Shown: positions 34,796 to 40,639 of the stretch, in pieces | How the letters are laid out: the number at the start of each line of letters is the position of its first letter | Position numbering within the stretch: the first letter of the stretch is position 1 | DNA from: a virus | Strand: one strand, 5' to 3' | Virus record (IMG/VR): IMGVR_UViG_3300045988_026640 | DNA length: 40,639 bases | Made by a program: the position numbers and the translations under genes | The notes under the pieces: model-generated | What the model was told of the DNA's origin: nothing | What the model saw: the letters and a program-made list of their open reading frames with translations, nothing else | Database searches by the model: none

Positions 34796-35300
34796 ATTCT
34801 TCCGGAAATAGATTTTCCAATTGATTCCACAACTTGTTAGTGTATCTCATACGTAACAATGGGCGGTAAGGATTCTTGGTGTGAATCGCAATGAATTTGT
34901 CTGTAACATTTTCGGTTGTATATTTTCTGTTATCAACTTTCTTGGCAGACATAGCACCGACAACACCACCGGCAGGGCCAAGCATTGCCCAACCAAGAGC
35001 ACCTCTAGTAATAGCACCCTTTTTCTTAATAGAACCAGTAGTTGTAGTTATCTGTCTAGTCTTTTCGTCCGTTTCTATATTTATGACATCAGATAGTGGA
35101 ATTGGGATATTAGGTGTTCCGGGCAATACCAGGATTTGTTTTTGATCATCGACAGAAATCCCAGCACCTATCTTTCTAAGGTTACAAGATTTAATGATTG
35201 CTTTGTACTGTTCCCGTGTCTGTTTCGGAATTTTAGAAAGTTTCACGGCTTGATAGACCAATACAATGGAAACGATAATTAAAAGTAATGCTAATAACAT
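34794..35300 (-). CDS. Membrane-anchored protein (168 aa); candidate superinfection-exclusion / prophage defence protein
   Basis: N-terminal TM helix is LLALLLIIVSIVLVYQAV. An internal Gly-zipper-like hydrophobic segment is GALGWAMLGPAGGVVGAM. It lies between int and the repressor gene. Confidence 0.65.
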   Translation of the reverse strand: MLLALLLIIVSIVLVYQAVKLSKIPKQTREQYKAIIKSCNLRKIGAGISVDDQKQILVLPGTPNIPIPLSDVINIETDEKTRQITTTTGSIKKKGAITRGALGWAMLGPAGGVVGAMSAKKVDNRKYTTENVTDKFIAIHTKNPYRPLLRMRYTNKLWNQLENLFPEE

Positions 35301-35305
35301 GGGTG

Positions 35306-35677
35306 TTACCTCTTTTCTAAAAATTGAATTATTTTATCCAGCTTGTCATTTATGATTTGCTGGTTTTTTATTTGCTGGCGTAAAAGTGTAGCAACGTCAT
35401 TAGTTTCTTGTTCGGGATTGAAATCAGAGTCCGAAGTTTCGAAACGTGGATCAATCGCAGATTTCTTCACACCAAAATAGTCAGCTAACTTTTGAATGTT
35501 GCCAGCTATTGGTAGCGAGCTACCTTTCATATATCCAGATAATGTACTTGTTGGGATGCCAGTAGCTTCGCTCAACTCTTTCTGTTTGATGTTGTGAGCT
35601 GAAATTAGCCCGTTCAATCTAGCAGAAACTACTTTCATAGCTTCTTTTTCTTGCGGGGTTTGTTCTCCTCTAGCCAT
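35306..35677 (-). CDS. CI-like phage repressor (XRE HTH)
   Basis: HTH is IKQKELSEATGIPTSTLSGYMKGSSLPIAGNIQKLADYFGV. It is divergent from the cro-like gene across a 190-bp switch region. Confidence 0.85.
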   Translation of the reverse strand: MARGEQTPQEKEAMKVVSARLNGLISAHNIKQKELSEATGIPTSTLSGYMKGSSLPIAGNIQKLADYFGVKKSAIDPRFETSDSDFNPEQETNDVATLLRQQIKNQQIINDKLDKIIQFLEKR

Positions 35678-35713
35678 ATTTATATAATTCCTTTCACCCT
35701 TTTTCTACCATAT

Positions 35714-35742
35714 ATAGTACAACATTTTTACACACTAGTAAA
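35714..35742 (-). promoter_or_regulatory. Candidate repressor promoter (minus strand)
   Basis: On the - strand: TTTACT (35737-35742), a 17-nt spacer, then TACTAT (35714-35719). It lies upstream of the repressor SD AAAGGAA. Confidence 0.4.
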
Positions 35743-35750
35743 TAATAAAA

Positions 35751-35790
35751 ACGAAAAAAATCGAAAAAAATTCGAAAAAAAACGAAAAAA
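35751..35790. repeat. Four helically phased CGA(A)6-7 repeats (A-tracts) between the divergent promoters
   Basis: CG dinucleotides at 35752, 35762, 35773 and 35783 are each followed by A6-A7. The spacing is 10/11/10 bp. Confidence 0.8.
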
Positions 35791-35794
35791 GGTG

Positions 35795-35823
35795 TTGACA
35801 TTCGAATTAAATCGAATTATAAT
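35795..35823 (+). promoter_or_regulatory. Perfect-consensus early lytic promoter with an embedded operator-like sequence
   Basis: TTGACA (35795-35800), a 17-nt spacer TTCGAATTAAATCGAAT, then TATAAT (35818-35823). The spacer contains the palindrome ATTCGAAT. Confidence 0.7.
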
Positions 35824-35875
35824 AAGTGTGTAAGGTTGATGAAGACCTAATAACAAAACTAAAAGGAGGATGAAT

Positions 35876-36100
35876 ATGATTCTAACTTTAAGAGCTTTGC
35901 GAACTAACTATGACCTAGACGCAAATACTGTAGCTGAAGCTAATGGAATCACTTATCAGACTTTGTTAAAGTATGAGAATGACTCTTCTAACATCCCAGT
36001 GAGCCTATTGAAGAGCCTCTCAAAATATTACAAAGTTCCAATGGATAACATTTTTTTAGGCAAAAAATCCGAATTAAATCGAACAATCGAAAACGGATAG
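35876..36100 (+). CDS. Cro-like HTH regulator
   Basis: The HTH is DANTVAEANGITYQTLLKYENDSSNIPVSLLKSLSKYYKV. ATG 35876 lies 6 nt after AAAGGAGG. The ORF-track start at 35870 abuts the SD. Confidence 0.75.
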   Translation: MILTLRALRTNYDLDANTVAEANGITYQTLLKYENDSSNIPVSLLKSLSKYYKVPMDNIFLGKKSELNRTIENG

Positions 36101-36112
36101 AAAGGAGCGAAA

Positions 36113-36247
36113 ATGAAGACACTAAAAAAACTCAAAGAATTCTTTGAGTGGAATTTAGACGGATACGATGTTGCACTTGCAATTATCGGAAGTCTTATAG
36201 GGGTATTTCTGGCAACGTTGATTTTTTGGGTTTTATTTAAAAAATAA
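36113..36247 (+). CDS. Small membrane peptide (44 aa, below the ORF-track cut-off)
   Basis: Read manually as MKTLKKLKEFFEWNLDGYDVALAIIGSLIGVFLATLIFWVLFKK. SD AAAGGAG lies 7 nt upstream. It has one C-terminal TM helix and a KK tail. Confidence 0.45.
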   Translation: MKTLKKLKEFFEWNLDGYDVALAIIGSLIGVFLATLIFWVLFKK

Positions 36248-36559
36248 AAAATTGACAGCTAGTGTGATAGCAGTTGTCACGAAAGCAACGGCTAGTGGAA
36301 ACCAAAACGAAGTCAACCAAAGATTTCTATTATGTTCTTTGTAAGCTTGATAAAAATAAATCCCCTCGTCAGTAACGGCGATGTCATGGGCGATGTCTTG
36401 AATCACTAACTTGTGGTAAATCAATTCGCCGAGCGGTTCGCCTTGTTCATCTATCAGTTTTTTATACTGTTCAGGTTTAATGCGAGGAGATTCTTGGGAA
36501 TTTCGAATATCAAGCAATGATTTTAATAATTTTCTAGCTTTTCGTGAAATGATAATCAT
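36233..36559 (-). CDS. Tail-anchored membrane protein (108 aa), antisense to the early operon
   Basis: C-terminal TM segment is WLTSFWFPLAVAFVTTAITLAVNFLFF. It has its own SD (GAGG) and an extended -10 (TGATATAAT on the - strand, 36585-36593). Its 3' end overlaps the 44-aa ORF by 15 nt. Confidence 0.6.
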   Translation of the reverse strand: MIIISRKARKLLKSLLDIRNSQESPRIKPEQYKKLIDEQGEPLGELIYHKLVIQDIAHDIAVTDEGIYFYQAYKEHNRNLWLTSFWFPLAVAFVTTAITLAVNFLFFK

Positions 36560-36619
36560 ACAGTACCTCGTTTCTTTTAAAACTATTATATCAAACGGAA
36601 AGGAATAGGAGTGAACGAA

Positions 36620-37366
36620 ATGAACGAATTAATCAATGTAACACTAAACGAAAATCATGAGCCGGTTGTTTCTGGTAGACAGCTACACGAAACACTAGGA
36701 GTTAAGACGGCTTATAAAGACTGGTTCCCACGTATGACTGAGTACGGTTTTACGGAAGGTGAAGATTTTAACCCGCTCAAAATTGAGCAGGTTCGGCAAG
36801 AAGGAACAAGGAAGGTCAAGAGACAAATTGAAGACCACGTCTTAAAGCTAGACATGGCCAAAGAAATCGCCATGATTCAACGAACAGACAAGGGCAAGGA
36901 AGTCCGAACTTACTTCATCCAAGTTGAGAAAGACTTCAATAGCCCAGAAAAAATCATGGCTAGAGCGTTGCTAATGGCTGATAAGAAAATCAAGCTCTTG
37001 GAAAGCCAAAACGAAAACCTCTTGATTGAGTTGGAAGAAGCGAATAAAAATGCTGATTACCTAGATTTGATTTTACAAACCAAGGATAGTCTAACAATCA
37101 CTCAAATCGCTCAAGACTATGGCATTTCAGCACGCAAAATGAACCAACTTCTAAAACAAGAGCGTATCCAACGCATCGTCAATGGCCAGTGGGTACTATA
37201 TGCGAAATATCTCGGTAAGGGCTATATCTCAAGCAGAACATTCGACTACACAGGAAAAGATGGCAAGGTTCATAGCAACATTACAACGGTTTGGACTCAG
37301 CTTGGACGACGTTTCTTATATGACCGTTTGAAAGCCATCGGCATTCTTCCAATTATTGAGCAGTAA
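36620..37366 (+). CDS. Phage antirepressor (AntA-like N domain + KilA-C/ORF6C-like C domain)
   Basis: The N domain reads VSGRQLHETLGVKTAYKDWFPRMTEYGFTEGEDF. The C domain reads ITQIAQDYGISARKMNQLLKQERI. ATG 36620 follows AGGAG; GTG 36611 is an alternative start. Confidence 0.85.
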   Translation: MNELINVTLNENHEPVVSGRQLHETLGVKTAYKDWFPRMTEYGFTEGEDFNPLKIEQVRQEGTRKVKRQIEDHVLKLDMAKEIAMIQRTDKGKEVRTYFIQVEKDFNSPEKIMARALLMADKKIKLLESQNENLLIELEEANKNADYLDLILQTKDSLTITQIAQDYGISARKMNQLLKQERIQRIVNGQWVLYAKYLGKGYISSRTFDYTGKDGKVHSNITTVWTQLGRRFLYDRLKAIGILPIIEQ

Positions 37367-37410
37367 CAAGATTGTCCAACAGTTGGACTAACCAAGATAT
37401 GGAGGGCAAC

Positions 37411-37692
37411 ATGACAGACCCATTCAAACCACTAGCTGACCAATTCGACAGCATGCTGACCGCAGTGATAGCAGATAAGACAAAAGCGTTCGATTTAGAC
37501 GAAACGCTACCCATGATTTTAACTGCTAAACAGTGCCAAGCCATGCTAGGAATTGGCAACTACACAGAATTTTTAAGGATAACCAACCTTGACGGTTTTC
37601 CTAAAATCGATAAAGGTCGAGGGAGTCAAATTAGATACCCACGGGATGCCGTCAGAGATTGGTTTAACACACACTGGCAAGAGATTGCATAA
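37411..37692 (+). CDS. Excisionase-like / MerR-type HTH DNA-binding protein
   Basis: LTAKQCQAMLGIGNYTEFLRITNLDGFPKIDKGRGSQIRYPRDAVRDWF fits the Xis/HTH_17 pattern. ATG 37411 follows GGAGGG. The ORF track starts at TTG 37372. Confidence 0.6.
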   Translation: MTDPFKPLADQFDSMLTAVIADKTKAFDLDETLPMILTAKQCQAMLGIGNYTEFLRITNLDGFPKIDKGRGSQIRYPRDAVRDWFNTHWQEIA

Positions 37693-37703
37693 AGGAACGA
37701 AAC

Positions 37704-38012
37704 ATGAAAAACAATCATTACATAAAAAGATTGGTAGCGTGTGCTATCCAATTCGACAAAGATTTTCACGAGATGGAAGGTGGCATCCCCGCTCTCGACA
37801 ACATTATGGAGTTAATCCTCTACATCAATCAGACAATGGATGTCTCGAAAAAAGAAAAAGACGAGCTTGATGACATCGACACAAAATGCCTGATGTACCG
37901 TGATGTTTGCAGCAAACCAGACACACCAGACAATAAATGTAAAGATCTATTTCAAGATGCAGCAATTGATTTCGTTGCCGTTTGTAGGACACACGACATC
38001 TTAGACATTTAA
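37704..38012 (+). CDS. Hypothetical protein (102 aa)
   Basis: ORF with AAAGGAA upstream. No motif recognised. Confidence 0.55.
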   Translation: MKNNHYIKRLVACAIQFDKDFHEMEGGIPALDNIMELILYINQTMDVSKKEKDELDDIDTKCLMYRDVCSKPDTPDNKCKDLFQDAAIDFVAVCRTHDILDI

Positions 38013-38177
38013 GAAAGAACACCCCTAGCCGTGGCAGTGAGCTAGTGAGGAAACTGAACGATACCAACTAAGTAAGCAACAACGATTTGATATTCATAAG
38101 TCTCCTTAAATTATATATGAATTAAAAAACCTCACTAGCTTTCTAGCGCGGTTAGGGAATAAGAAAGGAAGTTGAAA

Positions 38178-38333
38178 ATGAAAAAACTTATTAAATGGCT
38201 ATTTGTAAAAGAGAAACAAGAACCGGAATATTTCTTCGAACCCGTATGGACACCATACGAGGAAAACGAACGCAAATACGAAGCTCGCAAAAAACGTGAA
38301 CAAGAGCTTTTGGCAAAATACGGAAACCGATAA
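38178..38333 (+). CDS. Hypothetical small charged protein (51 aa, below the ORF-track cut-off)
   Basis: Read manually as MKKLIKWLFVKEKQEPEYFFEPVWTPYEENERKYEARKKREQELLAKYGNR. SD AAAGGAAG lies upstream. Confidence 0.4.
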   Translation: MKKLIKWLFVKEKQEPEYFFEPVWTPYEENERKYEARKKREQELLAKYGNR

Positions 38334-38549
38334 GATCACAATCTTCAATCCGTAGCCACGGCCCCATCGTGGAGTGTAACTTATACCTTTCCCCAAAAAA
38401 TATAAACTTTACCCACATTTCACACAAATACCTTTCTAAAAAAACATTGAAAAACATGAAACGGTGGGCTATGGGTGCGGATTGAAGCACTAAAAAAAGC
38501 ATGGGTTAGGGCCCATGCAAGAAAAAAACATTTACAAGGAGATTATACC

Positions 38550-40301
38550 ATGATTTCACAAACAATTGCAAAACCATCTTACGTTAAGACTAAAGCATTC
38601 GGTCTTTGTGGCACGCTAGCTCTCGCTACAGCATTGCTTATCGGTGCTGGGTCAGTATCAGCGGACGAAACTGCTGCACCAGTAGCAGACACACAACCAG
38701 CGGCTGCTAATGTGTACACTGCTGACAACGCTGGCAATGTGACAGTAACACCAAGCGAAACAGTGACGGAAACACCAAAATTTTTGGCACCGGCACCAGT
38801 AGAATCTCAACCAGTAGCTGAAACACCAGCAACAACTACAGAAGCAGCTCAACCAGTAGCTGAAACACCTAAACAGCCTACTGAATTTGTCAAAGAAGAC
38901 AACGAAATTAAAGTAACTAATCCAGATGTTGTCGTTGACCAATCAAACGGAACTGGTAAATACAGTGGTTTTACAGTGGAATATAAAGACGTTAAATTCC
39001 CAGATAGCATGCCTATCAATGAAGGGGATAAGGTAACATTCAACCTTCCAAAAGAAATCAACTTCCAAACAAACTATGATTTTGATGTCTATAACCCAGA
39101 AAAAGCTGTTGTTGGTAAGGCTTCAACTGACCCTAAGACACAAACAGTAACAACCGTATTTAACGATTACTTCAAGAACCATCCACTCAATAAACAAATG
39201 TCATTGAAGCTCGATGCTAAGTGGACTGACAAGGTTGAAAGTGGCAAGCCAGTTAACGTTAATTTCAATGGTACAGTGGTTACTGTAAATATTGGAAAAG
39301 AGCAAGAAATCGGTAAAGATGAATTGCTTTCTAAATGGGGTAGTCAAGACGAGAATGACCCAACTGTTATCAACTGGACTGCTCGTATTAACTACGCTAA
39401 ACGTCTATTGAATTACGTCACAATCATTGATGAGATGAGTGATAATCAAAAGCTTGTTGATAATTACTTCGAAATCAAATCGATTGAAAGCGTAGACCCT
39501 TGGATTGATAAAGGTTCTGCTATGGATTTAGTAAAATCAATCAGTAAATCAGACCACGGTTTCACAATTAAAATGGATCGCCTTGATCATATGATTTATA
39601 TTAACTATAAAACTAAATTGATTAAGCCGGTTAAAGATAGCGTAAACCCAACCAATAAGGTTGAGTTGAAAGCTGAGTCAGACGGTGCTATCTCACACAG
39701 TTATGTCCAACTTGTCGGTGGCCGTGGTGATGCCAGCGGCGAAAACAAACCAGAACCAACGTTTGAAATTCCACACGATGCACCTAAAGTTGAAATCCCT
39801 GAGTGGAATGGTGGGGTTACACCTCCAGACGCTCCGAAGTATGACAAGCCAGAATTTAATGGTGGTGTAGTGCCTAATGAAGCACCTATCCACGATAAGC
39901 CAGAATTCCAAGGCGGCATTCCGGGCATTCCAGAAGAACGTGAGCTCCCACCGTTCGAAGGCGGCGTAGTGCCAAACGATGCTCCTATCTTGGATTTGCC
40001 AGAGTTGCACATCCCAGAGGAACCAACTAAACCAACACCAGAAAAACCTAGCACGCCAGAAAAAGCCCCTAAAACGAGCGTAGAGCGTCCTAATAACAAA
40101 GTGGCACAATATACCACGGCATCTTATAAACTCGATTCTGAGCCAAAAGAGGGGGTAAATACACCCGTTTACGGTGGTACTCTTCCAGTTACTGGTGAAA
40201 AAGAAGGTATCATGTCAACTCTAGGCTTGGTGGTGATTGCAACAGGCATCACCGCATTGACTCTCGGATTCAAGGAATACAGCGAGGATGAAAATGATTA
40301 A
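38550..40301 (+). CDS. LPXTG cell-wall-anchored surface adhesin (MSCRAMM / Cna-SdrG-like A domain + Pro-rich repeats)
   Basis: ATG 38550 follows AAGGAG. The signal peptide ends SVSA/DE. The A domain has a TVTTVFNDYFKNH motif (compare TYTFTDYVD) and ends ...VQLVGGRGDASGE. About four DAPxxDxPEFxGGVxP repeats follow. The sorting signal is LPVTG + hydrophobic segment + short tail. Confidence 0.85.
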   Translation: MISQTIAKPSYVKTKAFGLCGTLALATALLIGAGSVSADETAAPVADTQPAAANVYTADNAGNVTVTPSETVTETPKFLAPAPVESQPVAETPATTTEAAQPVAETPKQPTEFVKEDNEIKVTNPDVVVDQSNGTGKYSGFTVEYKDVKFPDSMPINEGDKVTFNLPKEINFQTNYDFDVYNPEKAVVGKASTDPKTQTVTTVFNDYFKNHPLNKQMSLKLDAKWTDKVESGKPVNVNFNGTVVTVNIGKEQEIGKDELLSKWGSQDENDPTVINWTARINYAKRLLNYVTIIDEMSDNQKLVDNYFEIKSIESVDPWIDKGSAMDLVKSISKSDHGFTIKMDRLDHMIYINYKTKLIKPVKDSVNPTNKVELKAESDGAISHSYVQLVGGRGDASGENKPEPTFEIPHDAPKVEIPEWNGGVTPPDAPKYDKPEFNGGVVPNEAPIHDKPEFQGGIPGIPEERELPPFEGGVVPNDAPILDLPELHIPEEPTKPTPEKPSTPEKAPKTSVERPNNKVAQYTTASYKLDSEPKEGVNTPVYGGTLPVTGEKEGIMSTLGLVVIATGITALTLGFKEYSEDEND

Positions 40302-40639
40302 GAAATTTGAATTAGATTTATCGTCTAAAATCACAATGTTCGGAATCGAGCTATTCAGAATCAAAGCCTTGATTTCGTTCGACAATGTCAAAAAAGGCGA
40401 GTTAGGCGGATATGTTGAAAAAGAAGAAAACCTATCCCATTCTGGTAACGCATGGGTCTCTGGTGACGCAATGGTCTCTGGTAACGCATGGGTCTCTGGT
40501 GACGCAATGGTCTCTGGTGACGCATGGGTCTATGGTGACGCATGGGTCTATGGTGACGCAAGGGTCTCTGGTGACGCTGAGGTCTATGGTGACGCAAGGG
40601 TCTATGGTGACGCAAGGGTCTCTGGTGACGCTGAGGTCT
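40294..40639 (+). CDS. N-terminal part of the hexapeptide-repeat protein (continues at nt 1; 184 aa in total on the circle)
   Basis: The ATG overlaps the adhesin stop (ATGATTAA). The translation is MIKKFELDLSSKITMFGIELFRIKALISFDNVKKGELGGYVEKEENLSH, followed by 11 x (S/Y)G(D/N)AxV. There is no stop before the window end. Confidence 0.75.
   Translation, partial: MIKKFELDLSSKITMFGIELFRIKALISFDNVKKGELGGYVEKEENLSHSGNAWVSGDAMVSGNAWVSGDAMVSGDAWVYGDAWVYGDARVSGDAEVYGDARVYGDARVSGDAEV
40441..40638 (+). repeat. Tandem 18-bp coding repeat, 11 units
   Basis: The units of consensus TMTGGTRACGCNNKGGTC run back to back from 40441. The last three units (40585-40638) are the same DNA as nt 1-54. Confidence 0.95.

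Larger units (their letters stand above)
1..40639 (+). mobile_element. Complete temperate siphovirus genome, circularly closed (unique length 40,584 bp)
   Basis: All phage modules are present: replication, packaging, head, tail, lysis, and integrase/repressor/cro. nt 1-55 are identical to nt 40585-40639, and one ORF reads through the junction. No host-like flanking genes. Confidence 0.9.

Noticed and set aside
38191-38502. Minus-strand ORFs of 103 and 65 aa upstream of the adhesin
   Set aside because: They have no SD. They overlap a + strand 51-aa ORF that does have one, and they cross the adhesin promoter/leader region.
40388-40615. Minus-strand 75-aa ORF rich in HRP/LRH repeats
   Set aside because: It is the antisense reading of the 18-bp tandem repeat. 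It has no SD, and the + strand frame has clear flanking non-repeat domains and translational coupling.
40441-40638. Possible CRISPR array, because of regularly spaced repeats
   Set aside because: The units are 18 bp, directly abutting with no spacers, in frame, and coding for a hexapeptide repeat. No cas genes or leader are present.
1-40639. Reverse transcriptase-based elements (retron, DGR), transposases/IS elements and toxin genes with signal peptides
   Set aside because: No ORF shows RT (YxDD), DDE/HUH transposase or secreted-toxin features. The only secreted protein is the LPXTG adhesin.

Overview
The window is a complete, circularly closed genome of a temperate siphovirus. Its unique length is 40,584 bp, because nt 1-55 repeat exactly at nt 40585-40639. 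The gene content looks like that of a low-GC Gram-positive coccus phage, probably Streptococcus (inference from a CHAP+GH25 lysin, a GBS Bsp-like repeat, an ArpU regulator, a phi-LC3-type holin and an LPXTG cargo gene). Gene order on the + strand: (1) the wrap-around hexapeptide-repeat gene; (2) replication and recombination, with a replisome organizer carrying an internal ori, a DnaC-like loader, RecT, a DUF1351-like protein, SSB and RusA; (3) early accessory genes, including an HTH-MazG fusion and an orphan C5 DNA methyltransferase; (4) a 385-bp non-coding gap; (5) ArpU-type late regulator, TerS, TerL, portal, head genes, neck genes, major tail, chaperones, a 1535-aa tape measure, Dit, Tal and the receptor-binding protein; (6) two holins, three small mosaic ORFs and the endolysin; (7) an insulated two-gene moron; (8) attP. 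The lysogeny genes (integrase, a membrane protein, a CI-like repressor) are on the - strand. After the switch region come cro, a convergent membrane-protein pair, an antirepressor, an Xis-like HTH and a phage-borne LPXTG MSCRAMM-like adhesin. No rRNA gene, full-length tRNA gene, CRISPR array, transposase or reverse transcriptase was seen. The best candidates for undescribed biology are: the promoter/terminator-insulated acidic+basic two-gene cassette next to attP, the adhesin embedded in the early operon, the convergent overlapping membrane-protein pair after cro, the HTH-MazG fusion coupled to the methyltransferase, and the hexapeptide-repeat gene. All product calls come from reading motifs by eye; no database search was run.
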